NCBI RefSeq assembly: GCF_006345805.1
Contig: NC_043006.1
Location: 47,926,001-47,990,000, forward strand
Length of the DNA stretch: 64,000 bases
Source: Octopus sinensis
Taxonomy: Eukaryota
Reading direction: 5' to 3'
In this document: positions 1 through 11,612 of the stretch, in pieces
Numbering within the stretch: position 1 is the stretch's first letter
Layout of the letters: the number at the start of each line of letters is the position of its first letter
Program-made: the position numbers and the translations under genes
Notes under the pieces: generated by a model
What the model saw: only the letters and a program-made list of their open reading frames with translations
What the model was told of the DNA's origin: nothing
Database searches by the model: none

Positions 1-949
1 TGTTAGTGGTAAAATCGACAACAGTAACCTGACGTATGTATGTGAGCGAGTACCTATGTGTGTTTGAAGCTAAAGTGTGTGTGTGTGTGTATGGTAACGC
101 GTTTGCATGTGTATCAGAGCAAGTCCATGCGCATGGTCGTTCGCCAGCGTGCGCGAGTGAACAAGTACGTACGTGTATATGAAACCATGTGTACGTGTAA
201 ATGCCGTGTGCTTATTCGTGTGTATGAGTGTGGGCATAAGTATGTGTGTATGACACTATGAAATGCGTGTATACAGTGTGTATTTAGCATGCGCGTAGAT
301 ATATACGTGTGTGTGTGTGTGTGATCCTATTTTCATTTTATATGTGTATGAGGCCGTGAAACGTTTATACACGTCTGATAGAAGCAATCAGCCGTTTATA
401 CACGTATGTGTGACACTATTGTGTGTGTGTGTGTGTGTCGTGTGTGTATATATGCGTGTGTGTGTGAATGGGTGCCCCTGTTTCCAGTTGATGAGCGTGT
501 ATGAGGTTGTCGTGCAACTAAATGTTTGTATGTGTGTATGCATGCATATACACACACAGGCTGTTAATTACAAAGTCATTTGAATAAGCACTATAATTTT
601 CTCAGTCATTACGTAAGATTTAGTCCGTTTCGATAGAAATTGCTAATGACTGTGATGCAAACAAGAGTACTAATATTACGTGAAGATTAAAGAAATGCAG
701 CAATCTTTGAAAATATGGAATAACGGTATCGAACACAACACATTCTCGCAAAGAGAACGTTATAAATTAGTGTAGGGACATGCACACACGCACGCACAAA
801 CGCACGCATGCGCGCGCACACACGTACACTCACACATATTTTTGTATGCATTTCTGTATATATGTGGCAGGTTTGTTTTTCTTCCAGTGCCATATATTGA
901 AAATAGAAATGTGTTCCAGATAATCACGTCTGCTATTGGATCTTCGTGC

Positions 950-1183
950 TTCCATTTTAGTTCTCTTTCTTGCTGGGAATACCTGAAAGAAAGGGTTCAC
1001 GTCAACAACCTGAAGATCCTGGTGCAAGTAAAGGAGAGCATCAATAGAGAAATGAGAGAAGTGGGGTCTGAATCTCTTCAGGGTGTTATGGTGCAAGTTT
1101 TGGAAAGAGCGATGTCATTTTTCATATGTGATGTAGTGGGGTTGAAAGGTTTATATCATACCATAAATTTATATCAAATTTAA
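950..1183 (+). mobile_element. Degenerate Tc1/mariner-superfamily transposase C-terminal remnant
   Basis: ORF 842..1183 contains CWEYLKERVHVNNLKILVQVKESINREMREVGSESLQGVMVQVLERAMSF. This fits the C-terminal pattern after the catalytic triad, (F)LWGYLKxRVYxNxPxTLxxLKxxIxxExxxIxxExLxxVMxxVxxR. No DDD/E core or TIR seen. Confidence 0.55.
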
Positions 1184-1497
1184 CGTTCCCAAATCTCTCA
1201 ATGTTTCAATAAATTATCATCTGAAAACAATGGCGATAGACTAATTTATTCCTCGTTTTGGTAGCTTAAGAAAAAGATGAGATTATCACGGTTAGAAATG
1301 ATTGATTACATCTCTGACAAATGGAAAACAAAGATGATGATAACGACAGCATCTACTAAGGCGACACAAACACAGAAAAATATCGTTCGCGCAGTCCTAA
1401 GAAAAATATCGTTTGCCCGAATTCTCTGCATAATGCACCTTCAGTTTTCAGCTGTGGTGATCATGCTGGAAAGTACCATACTAATATATTATACGTA

Positions 1498-1649
1498 ATT
1501 TACATTATTTACATTTGACGGATATTTGTCCTCATCTTGTTTGTTATTAACACAACGTTACGGCTGATATACCCTCCAGCCTTCATCAGGTGTCTTGGGG
1601 AAATTTCAAACCCGGGTTGTCATTCCTAAGGTATTTTTCGAAGTTGTTG

Positions 1650-1717
<68 letters not shown>

Positions 1718-1795
1718 AGCACTGCCTGGAATCGAACTTGGAATCTTGTGGTTAGTAGCCCACGCTCTTAGACACTACGCCATTTGCACGTGGCA
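1498..1795 (-). mobile_element. Composite element 'H', copy 1: tRNA-like head + (TAA/CAA)n + hammerhead-bearing tail
   Basis: On the minus strand the head (1712-1795) has A box TGGCGTAGTG and B box GTTCGATTCC. A (TAA)n/(CAA)n linker (about 1645-1711) follows, then a ~150-bp tail that recurs at 2082-2245 and 40133-40275. Confidence 0.85.
1549..1594 (-). ncRNA. Minimal type I hammerhead ribozyme motif, core mutated (GAAA>GTAA)
   Basis: Minus strand reads gacac-CTGATGA-a-ggctg-gagggtatat-cagcc-GTAAC-GTT-gtgtt. Stem I is gacac/gtgtt and stem II is a perfect ggctg/cagcc. Confidence 0.65.
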
Positions 1796-1796
1796 T

Positions 1797-1910
1797 ATAA
1801 TAATAATAATAATAATAAAAATAATAATAATAATAATATAATAATAATAAAATAATAATAATAATAATATAATAATAATAATAATAAAATAATAATAATA
1901 ATAATAATAA

Positions 1911-1941
<31 letters not shown>

Positions 1942-2053
1942 AAGAAGAAGAAGAAAGAAGAAGAAGAGAAGAAGAAGAAGAAGAAGAAGAAGAAGAAGAA
2001 GAAGAAGAAGAAGAAGAAGAAGAAGAAGAAGAAGAAGAAGAAGAAGAAGAACA

Positions 2054-2081
<28 letters not shown>
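1797..2081. repeat. Compound (TAA)n-(GAA)n-(CAA)n microsatellite
   Basis: Directly visible trinucleotide runs. Confidence 0.97.
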
Positions 2082-2084
<3 letters not shown>

Positions 2085-2245
2085 CGAAAAGTTCCTTAGG
2101 GATGAGAACTCAGGTTCGAAATTTCTCCAAGACATCTGAAAAAGGCTTGGATGGTTTATCAGCTGAAACGTCGTGTTAACAACAAACACGATGAGGACAA
2201 ATATCCGTCAAATGTAAATAATGTACATAATTCCTCATCTCTTAT
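2082..2245 (+). mobile_element. Element 'H' tail, headless copy inverted relative to copy 1, with hammerhead remnant at 2131-2177
   Basis: Reverse complement of the tail at 1498-1645. Reads gacat-CTGAAAA-aggcttggatggtttatcagct-GAAAC-GTC-gtgtt: canonical GUC site, degenerate CUGANGA. Confidence 0.8.
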
Positions 2246-2724
2246 TATAAAAGGCAGATTTTATCTGCCTCCCTTTGTCACTTATATAAATCTACAATAT
2301 AGGATTTCTTCAATTACAATTTACCTAGCATTTTTAAGAGTAGAATGCATCGAGTCATGCCAGGTCCAGTTTTTAAAATTTAAACTCCAATTAAGCAAAA
2401 TTTACAGAAAACTCACATTCTGGTGTGTATGTCAAATGCTTTTCTTAATGTGGTTTACACCACACGCACACGCACACACACAGTGTGCAACGAATAAAAT
2501 GAAAGTAATTCACTGTGTGTGTAGACAGGTAGACAATAGAATGCGATGGCGATGGCGATGTAATATTTGTTTCTGTTTATCACGCTGATAGATACATGAG
2601 TAAAATGTATGGCAAGCTAAGAGATAAGAGTGAGTGAAAATGTTCTTGGAAGAGAGTAAATAGCGAGAGTGATTTGAGGAAGACTACGTTAAATAACCGT
2701 AGTGGCTTGTATATATATATATAT

Positions 2725-3001
2725 ATATATACATACATAAGACAGTAAGGTGTGATTTGAGGGAGATTTGGCTGCTATTTCTACCATGTCTAGCTGCCAT
2801 GTAGGGGTCTCCCTCATAGGCTCATACATACATATATACATAGATAAGACAGTAAGGTGTGATTTGGGGGAAATTTGGCTGCTATTTCTACCAGGTCTAG
2901 CTACCATGTAGAGGTCCACCTCATTGGCTCATATATATATACATACATAAGACAGTAAGGTGTGATTTGAGGGAGATTTGGCTGCTGTTTCTACCAGGTC
3001 T
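2725..3001. repeat. Tandem repeat of ~105 bp, 2.6 copies, units joined by (TACA/TA)n
   Basis: ATAAGACAGTAAGGTGTGATTTG(A/G)GGG starts at 2737, 2844 and 2947. Confidence 0.9.
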
Positions 3002-3066
3002 GTTAGGCCTTCTCATGTAAACTCAAGCTTTCTCATGCCTTGAACATAAGACCAAAGCAGAAAATG

Positions 3067-3290
3067 TATTCTTTTATTCTTCTGCTTTTTCCAGCCATTG
3101 GTCTGTGGCCATGCTGGGGCAATGCCTTGAAGAATTGTAGTTTAATGAATCAACTCCAGTTTTATTTTTGTAAGCATTGTACTTATTCTATCTGTTTCCT
3201 TTGTCAAACCACTAGGTGACAGGGATGTAAACAAACCAACATTCGTTGTCAAGCAGTGGTGGAGGACAATCACAAGCACAGACACGCACA
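3067..3290 (-). mobile_element. Old, diverged SINE family A 3' half
   Basis: Diverged match to the A tail (ccagccattggtctgtggccatgctggggc...gtaaacaaaccaacattcgttgtcaagcagtgg), ending in (CA)n. Confidence 0.6.
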
Positions 3291-3328
3291 CACACACACA
3301 TACATGCATACACATATACACACATACA

Positions 3329-3364
<36 letters not shown>

Positions 3365-3384
3365 TATTTGTGTGTATATATATA

Positions 3385-3643
3385 TTGCAGCGTGGAAGGT
3401 GTTTGTAAGCCATTTAAGAAACACACAAAAACCGTTAGATTCACTTCAACATTTAAATTTAATTTGCCAAAATATTTTCCTCGCTTTGAGACCGCGACCT
3501 GTTCACTGAAAAAAATATCGTGCTAACAGGTCGCGGTCTCAAAGCGACGAAAATATTTTGACAAATTAAATTTAAATGTTGAAGTGAATCTAACGGTTTT
3601 TGTGTGTTTCTTAAATGGCTTATAAACACCTTCAACGCTGCAA
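3385..3643. repeat. Near-perfect fold-back palindrome, 119-bp arms, 21-nt spacer
   Basis: 3385-3503 is the reverse complement of 3525-3643 with about 4 mismatches. Confidence 0.92.
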
Positions 3644-3719
3644 CTGTTTTCGTTCCAGCACACGATCTCAGATCAAGTCACTTGCTATGCAAGTACATCT
3701 CTGTAACTATATATATATT

Positions 3720-3750
<31 letters not shown>

Positions 3751-3813
3751 TGGTAAAAACAGTAAGATAACAAAAGAAAGAAAGAGACCTCAATATTATG
3801 TAAATAGAGGAAA

Positions 3814-4207
3814 TCTTTATATATAAAAGTGAGGTTGTGTGTCTGTCTCCTACGATTTAGATTCCTAACTACTCCCACATTTTGCGGTGCAGTTTAACCA
3901 AAACCGGGTATCTTATAGTCGTGAATCATATCGAGACCGTCTGGGTATTAGCGCGCGTCTACGATGAGTCTACGATTTAAAAAAACATTTACCATCAATT
4001 TTTCCCATTTGTAATCCATTTTTCACATATATAAGGGAAGTAACTCTCTAAAATTTATTATTAAATCTCAGAACGTAAAAAGCTACAGTAACACCCCTCC
4101 CCCTTTGTGGTTAGCCATATTGAGATGGCTATTATACTTTGCATCTCTAAAATGCTTATATAATTATTTCCCTTACAAACCCGAGCAACGCCGGGCGATA
4201 CTGCTAG
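3814..4207 (+). mobile_element. Complete non-autonomous Helitron (394 bp)
   Basis: 5' end A|TCTTTATATATAAAAG. Subterminal hairpin CCCGAGCAACGCCGGG at 4180-4195. 3' end CTAG|T at 4204-4207. Inserted between A and T with no TSD. Confidence 0.85.
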
Positions 4208-4584
4208 TCTCTTATATTATAGAACTGTAGTATGTTATACTTTAAAAACCCAATAGAGTATTGTATCCACAGAAATTACATCGTAAGCGTGTATGCAACG
4301 AGAACAGAACAGGAACAGAGAGGTCTTGGTTCGAATACAGATATGAATGTGTAACACATTATTTATTTCATTTCTTGTCTTTGGTCAGTAAGTGTTATTT
4401 CCTATTTACTTCTTTCTACGAATCAAAGGAAATAACTAATATTCCTTAAGAGTTTGCTTTTGGGACCTGGACATCAATGTTTCGAAACCGACCCGTTTTT
4501 CATTACATTTCAGACACATTCAGTGGTGAGATGTTGAAGCAGGAATATCATTATAGCAAATATTCTGCTCAAAATTACAGATTT

Positions 4585-4715
4585 GTTTGTCAGTTACCTT
4601 AACCACTTAAACATGTCCCTTAGTGGCTGACGATATGTGCATCACTGATCATAGGTAGAAGTAGTGGAAGAACATCATAGCCATGTGGTGAGAGGGAATC
4701 TGTGGGATTTGAATA
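4585..4715. mobile_element. Old fragment of the unclassified ~550-bp family at 20359-20910, opposite orientation
   Basis: cccttagtggctgacgatatgtgcatcactgatc is the reverse complement of gatgcacatattctcagccactaagg at about 20712-20737. Confidence 0.65.
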
Positions 4716-5738
4716 GATATTGTAGCAAAAGCAATGTTTGACGGAAATATTAGCCATGTTCACGCTTTCTAGTGGTAAAAAAAAGGAAATAACAGTTGCT
4801 ACTCAAGGACAAAAATCTTTTTAGTGTATTTTATCATTTTAGTAGAATTGGTTCACATCGCTATGGTAATGACTCCCATAATTTTCTATGATTAAATACC
4901 AAGATAAATAGGTAATACTACTTTCAATAACGTCCTTCAAGTATGGCGTATTACGTTTCGAAATCTTTCCAAGCACCGTGTACTTCAGTATTCCTCGGGC
5001 AACACTGTATCATGTCAGTACAATGCTAGATGTAACTCACTGCTATTATTTTGATGAGGAAAAAGGCGTAGAGTTTACAGAATCTTTAGCGTGCTGGAAA
5101 ATATACTGAACGGTGTTCCTTCCTGCCCTTTACGTTCCCACTGAGGTTAAACATATCTTATTTGATTTTGGGCATGATCAAGAACCAGTCAAGTACTTGA
5201 GGCCAAGTAATCGACTTGACTTAAGTATTTCTGTTAACAAAACAAACAAAAAAATGCCGGCCTTGTGCCAAAATTTGGAGTAAATATGTATACGAGGAAA
5301 ATCACCAGCGCTTAACAAACTGTACTCAAGAAACTCATTAGGAAACAACATATACCTGCAGTGTAAAAAACTACAAAAATATATAAGAAAATGAAGGATC
5401 TACATCTCTTTTGTCTCTTAAAATTTAGTGGCCCAATCAACTGAACTAATGATTCGTTGAAATAAGGTATGAATGGCTCAGCATTTCAGAGATACGTGTA
5501 CCGTAAACGTAATCTTCAAGAGAACCAATACAACACATGGATGCATCTTTGAATTATATGGAGGAAACAAGTAAGCCGTTTCAATATATTTCTGTAAACG
5601 CAATAAAGTAATTACTGCACTCATGAATCTTTTGGGGAAGCAGTGAATCTCGAAGCAAGGTATAAACATGATCGGGTTAATGGTGTGTTGAAAAACATTT
5701 TAGACACAAAAATCGGAGGCTGCTTGTGATGTCAATGA

Positions 5739-5744
<6 letters not shown>

Positions 5745-5798
<54 letters not shown>

Positions 5799-5807
5799 GT
5801 CTATCTG

Positions 5808-5847
<40 letters not shown>

Positions 5848-6652
5848 CTCATATATATATATATATATATATAATATACGTGCATATACACAATTATATA
5901 TATGTGTGTTTGTGTTTTTGTGTGTCTGTCTGTGTGAGTGTGCGTCCGTGTGTGTGTGTGCACCTCATAACGCCATATATGTATTCACACAAACACATTC
6001 TTGCAAACAGCCACACACACACACACACACACTCACACACATAAACATGTGTTTTACATGTGTGTCTGTACGTATGTACTCGGAATTCTTATTGCCCAAG
6101 TAATTTTTTTCTTCCTTTTTCGAATAGTTCTATGTGAAATTCCACAATCAAATTATTCATGTACAAATGTATAGAATTTGTTTAGGATTGCCTAAAACTG
6201 AAGAGATTCCGTCATGGAAATATTCCTGTAAACGGAACAAAAGTAAACAAGAGAAAATGATATCTGGCGTAAAATGGCGACATTTTAAATGCCATTGCAA
6301 TGCGCAAAAGGTTATTTCTTGTAGGATTACGAAACCACCAAGCGTCCTGGATGGACATGCGGTTGTATATTTCCATAATTCAAAGGTTGTGAAAGACAGC
6401 TATCGACAATGTCAAAAGATACAACAATCAAATGAAATAAGTGGAAAGGAATTTCATAATTTCAATATTGATGACGGTGAGGAGGGAGGTGAAGGGGGAG
6501 AAGGAGGAGAAGGAAAATGTGAAGGATGAGAGGGGAAAAGGAGAAGAAGAAGGAAGAGGAGGAGACGATGTTGACGGTGGTTAAGAAGATATTGAATAAG
6601 ATTACGGTGATGATCATGATGATTACGTTGACAATGTTTATAATGGTGTCGG

Positions 6653-6685
<33 letters not shown>

Positions 6686-6754
6686 TAATAATAATAAGAA
6701 TAATAATAATTAATAATAATAATAATAATGATAATTATAATGATAATAATAATG

Positions 6755-6833
<79 letters not shown>

Positions 6834-7075
6834 TAATAATAATGATAATAATAATATTAAGACAGAGGTTGACTCGAGTGGAAAATGAGAATACAAGATC
6901 TATTGTTAATTCACTGCATGAAATAACGGTTTAATCGACCGTATGATAAGTAAAGTAGATTTTCGTTTTGTATAAATATTATATATAAAATACGTGTTGT
7001 ATGCATAGTATTTCTTTGTGCATGTAATGTGTTTGTGTTGCGCCTGAATGTATATGTGAATTTGTATTTATATAA

Positions 7076-7110
<35 letters not shown>

Positions 7111-7404
7111 GGTGAGAGGAAGAAAGTCATAGCTTCTTTTCTAACCTACATAACACGCCATCTACAAGACATTGTAATGTAAAGAAAATACTTCGAGTTT
7201 ATTTTATACGCCATTTTCTTTCTCCTTCTTTTTTATTCATATTTGATTATATATCACATATGTGATTGATTGATAGTATAATATCTATTTATGTCTGTCC
7301 ATCCATACATGTGTGTATGCATATACATTTACACACACCACATTCAGACACAGCAACACAAATATGCATGTATGTATTCGTATACATATATATACATATA
7401 TACA

Positions 7405-7477
<73 letters not shown>

Positions 7478-7587
7478 ATATATATGTGTGTGTATATATC
7501 TATCTATCTATATATATATATATATAATATATATATATATATGTATATATATATATGTATGTATATATATATGGGGGTGTCAGTGTG

Positions 7588-7618
<31 letters not shown>

Positions 7619-7806
7619 GTATGTATATATATATATGTATGTATATGTATATGGGGGTGTCAGTGTGTATATATATATATATATGTATGTATATATATAT
7701 GGGGGTGTCAGTAGGTATGTATGTCTACATATAACTAAGATTCTTTTATGTAATTTTCCGGTTGCCTACGTTATAGTTCTTGTTGATACGTTTACTTTAT
7801 CATTGT

Positions 7807-7865
<59 letters not shown>

Positions 7866-8240
7866 TCATTACTATTGTTGTTGTTGTTACTGAAGTTGTT
7901 TTCCTTGTCACCGTTTTCATTATTATCACCATCATCTTCATCATCATCGCCATTATCATCTTAATCTTCATCATCATCTTCATCACAATCATCATCATCA
8001 ACTTCATTATCATCACTATCATCATCATCATCTTTCATCATCATTACCATCATCTTCACTATCATCTTCACCATGATCGCAATCATTATCATCATCATCA
8101 TCATCGTCATCACCAAACCATGGTATTCGTACTTTCTTTATCGATACTATTATTGCTGTCTAAAGCTGTTGATTACTCTCCGTCGCTCTCTCCCATTCGC
8201 TCTCTCACCTCCTCCGCACTCATTCACACTGTACTTCTCA

Positions 8241-8291
<51 letters not shown>

Positions 8292-8345
8292 CCTCTTTCT
8301 CTCACATCTATTTCCTCTCCGCCCTCCTCCCTCTCTCTCTCTCTC
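5745..8345. repeat. Microsatellite cluster: (ATCT)n 5745-5845, (CAA/TAA)n 6655-6855, (TA/TACA)n 7380-7730, (CTA)n/(CAT)n 7800-8110, (CT)n 8245-8345
   Basis: Directly visible. Non-repetitive AT-rich sequence lies between the tracts. Confidence 0.93.
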
Positions 8346-9145
8346 ACACTTTCACCATGCGCTCTACACTCTCTTTATCTCCACCTATAATATATACACA
8401 ATCCCCATCCGCCACCCCGCCAACCCACATTACGCTCCACTTGCCGCCACATCGCGCCACATCACATCTTCACCCTACATCATATCCACGCCGACGCTAC
8501 ACCAAACCGTATTATCCTATCTTTGGGCGTTTGTGTCTAAAAGTTCAGTTTTTTCAGACATTAGCTTATACATGCTTCACTGAGACCTAACGTAGTTTAT
8601 ATCTGATGTTAGATTTCTTTGTTCCTTCATAGTCACAAGAATTCTGCTTCAACGATTTCAACTTCAACTTTTAAAAAATAACTAATTATTTTCCAATTCT
8701 TTTCAAATAAAAGAAGAAAAAATGTCTTATTTTATAATTTGTAAATTTTTTTTCTTAACCAGGTTCTTCATTTTGTTTATTTTTAGATAGTGTCTTTTTT
8801 TAATATATTTATATTTTCCATTATTTTATTCCAATTTTCTATTTTTGGTTTTTCTCTGTATTTGATGGTATTTTTCATAACATACCATCAGTTTGTATAG
8901 AACATTTTTTTTTGTCTGTTGTTGTTGATAATGATGATTTTTATTGTTGCTGTTGATGCAGTGGTGCTGCTGATAATAATGACAATGTAATAGTGTGTGT
9001 GTATGTGTATGCGTTCTGCTGTGTATATTTGTGCACATGTACATTTGAGTCGGTCTGTGTGTGCATGCGCCTAGCGTGGGAGTGGGGGAGCATGCGAGCT
9101 TGTGATAGCGGTATATGATGAAGCGGTAATGCTATTCTTGACAAA

Positions 9146-9720
9146 GTTGATTTCATTCTTAAACGAAATCTTATAAATTCCTTATTCTACTATTACTACT
9201 ACTAATGGAGGCGCAATGGCCCAGTGGTTAAGGCAGCGGACTCGCGGTCGTAGGATCGCGGTTTCGATTCCCAGACCGGGCGTTGTGAGTGTTTATTGAG
9301 CGAAAACACCTAAAAGCTCCACGAGGCTCTGGCAGGGATGGTGGTGATCCCTGCTGTACTCTTTCACCAAACTTTCTCTCATTCTTACTTTCTGTTTCTG
9401 TCACGCTGAATATCCCCGAGAACTACGTTAAGGGTACACGTTAATTTCACGAGCAGGCTGTTCCGTTGATCGGATCAACCGGAACCCTCGTCGTTGTAAC
9501 CGACGGAGTGCTTCCATCCCCCACTACTGCTGCTGCTGCTCTTGATGGGTTTGCTATTTGTTGAAATATCGGTTGTAATCTGTTCGATTAGAATCATTTG
9601 ATCATCGGGGCAATTGTGTGTATTCTTGTACATTCTGTCTTGATAGATCCTATTACAATCAAATTTGTGTTTGATAATTCCAGTATCGATAAAATAATAA
9701 TAATAATAATAACAATAATA
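9146..9720 (+). repeat. Local duplication unit X, copy 1, interrupted by SINE B
   Basis: Flanks match 11135-11400 almost base for base (gttgattt..attcttaaacgaaatcttata; ctcttgatgggtttgctatttgttgaaatatcgg...gtatcgataaaataataa). Confidence 0.9.
9207..9515 (+). mobile_element. tRNA-derived SINE family B (head B + tail B), with internal deletions
   Basis: Head GGAGGCGCAATGGCCCAGTGGTT...GGTTTCGATTCCC has A and B boxes. Central part gagcgaaaacacctaaaagctccacgagg. Tail ...gttccgttgatcggatc...accgacggagtgc is shared with 43214-43400. Confidence 0.85.
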
Positions 9721-9957
9721 ATAATAATAATGATGATGATAATTATAAAACAATCAGGTAGTAATCTAGCCTTAGCTAGAAAACAGTATCGTTGTTATTG
9801 TTGTTGTTTAATACAAGCTTAGTCCTGATTGAAGTGAGCTAAGACGACATCCATCACTACCTCAACATCCTTTTTTACTTTTTAAACATAGTACATCTTT
9901 AAATTGACAATGACAGGTCCCTTAACCCTCTGGGGTCACTGAGAAAGCTTGGCGGAG

Positions 9958-10124
9958 CCCATCCCCCCCTCCAGGGTAAATTCATTTCTATCGCTGACTC
10001 GACTGGAGCAACGTGAAATGACGTGTTTTGCTGAAGGCCATAACGGATCGCCCGGTCCAGGGATCGAAACTACAATCTTACAGTCGTTAATCCAACACCT
10101 TAAACATTAAGCAACGAGCCTCCA
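9958..10124 (-). mobile_element. SINE family E head fragment (inverted paralogue of 11977-12107)
   Basis: Minus strand TGGAGGCTCG...GTTTCGATCCCTGGACCGGGCG...GCAAAACACGTCATTTCACGTTGCTCCAGTCGAGTCAGCGATAGAAA. Shares its unique 5' flank with the copy at 11977. Confidence 0.8.
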
Positions 10125-10368
10125 TTAGTATCTAGAAATACATTACAGATATTATAGAATGTGTTCTCACAATTTAAAACTCTCAGATATGATTTACCGT
10201 ATTTCAATGTGTATGACGTCCCTTCTTGTATAAGGAGACCTATAATTTTGGGGCCTTAAAATTTGGCCAAAGTGTTTGGTAAGCGATTAAAATACTAGCC
10301 AGTTATAAGAAACTCCCATATTTTTTAACCTAATTTTTGACAAAAATGGTTGCTTATACAAGTTAAAA

Positions 10369-10803
10369 TACTCTTTTACTTGTTTCAGTCATTTGACTGT
10401 GGCCATGCTAGAATAGCGCCGCCTTTAGTCGAGCAAATCGACCCCAGGACTTATTCTTTGTATGCCTAGTGCCTATTCTATCGGTCTCTTTTGCCGAACC
10501 GCTAAGTTACGGCGACGTAAACACACCGGCATCGGTTGGGATGACAAACACAGATGCACAAACACACAAACACACGGGCTTCTTTCACACAAACATACAC
10601 ACACACACACACACCACACACACACACACATACATATATATGATGGGCTTTTTTCAGTTTCCGTCTACCAAATCCACTCACAAGGATTTGGGCGGTCCGA
10701 GACTATAGTAGAAGACACTGGCCCAATGTGCCACGTAGTGGAACTGAACCCGGAACCATGTGGTTGGTAAGCAAGCTACTTACCACACAGCCAATCCTAC
10801 GCC
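10369..10803 (-). mobile_element. SINE family A, full length, with internal (CA/TA)n
   Basis: Head GGCGTAGGATTGGCTGTGTGGTAAG...GGTTCAGTTCC, central microsatellite, tail ...GCATGGCCACAGTCAAATGACTGAAACAAGTAAAAGAG. At least 7 further copies in the window. Confidence 0.9.
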
Positions 10804-11134
10804 TACGGTAATTACGATTTAACTGCTATTACTAGCGTAACTACATGTACATTGTGCTTTGTGATTGTTGTTGTTTTTGTTGCCGTGGCTATTGATAATG
10901 ATATTGCTTAACCCGCAGGACAATACTAATTGTATTAACTCCTCGCTTCAGACTTTCAAATCGAAGTCAACTTCATATTCATTTTAAGTCAAACACTAGA
11001 TTATCCAGATAGTTTTTTTTTTTTTTTCTTATTTAAAACTGAAGGCTGGCATCTGAGAGAACCCTGGCTGTTAAATGTAATGAAAGTTCGCTTGGTAATT
11101 TGTTGATTCGTTGCTATTATTCCAGTCATTTTTT

Positions 11135-11419
11135 GTTGATTTTATTCTTAAACGAAATCTTATACATTCCTCATTCTACTACTACTACTACTACTACTGC
11201 TAGTACTACTACTACTACTGCTGCTGCCGCTGCTCTTGATGGGTTTGCTATTTGTTGAAATATCGGTTGTAATCTGTTTTATTAGAATCATTTGATCATC
11301 GGGGCAATTGTGTGTATTCTTGTACATTCTGTCTTCATAGATCATATTACAATCAAATTTGTGTTTGATAATTCCAGTATCGATAAAATAATAATAATTA
11401 TTATTATTATTATTATTAT

Positions 11420-11496
<77 letters not shown>

Positions 11497-11590
11497 TTGC
11501 TGCTGCTGCCACTGTTGCTAGTCTTGCTGGGTTTGCTATTTGTTGAAACATCGGTTGTAATCTGGACTATTAGAATCATTTGATTTTATA
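11135..11590 (+). repeat. Duplication unit X copy 2 (11135-11400, no SINE) and partial copy 3 (11522-11590)
   Basis: Sequence identity with 9146-9206 and 9520-9720. Confidence 0.9.
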
Positions 11591-11612
11591 ATATCTATAA
11601 TATCTGTAATGT

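Noticed and set aside
2725-3001. Repeat-spacer look of this array (and of 24325-24640 and 59783-60568) as CRISPR
   Set aside because: Units are 100-185 bp, the intervening sequence is microsatellite or absent rather than unique spacers, there are no cas genes, and the context is eukaryotic.
3525-3560. Hammerhead in the right arm of the 3385-3643 palindrome
   Set aside because: A hairpin followed by GAAA is present, but the upstream word is CTAACAG rather than CTGANGA, and no NUH or stem I can be assigned.
6134-6529. 131-aa ORF with Cys/His residues as a host exon or GIY-YIG remnant
   Set aside because: No recognisable motif spacing, no good donor site, and it runs into a purine-rich low-complexity tract.
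9207-9285. SINE heads as genuine tRNA genes (also 1712-1795, 11613-11690, 28327-28400, 40481-40551, 60744-60820)
   Set aside because: A and B boxes are present, but I cannot build full cloverleaves with acceptor stems, and each head continues into a multi-copy SINE body. tRNAscan-SE would be the formal test.
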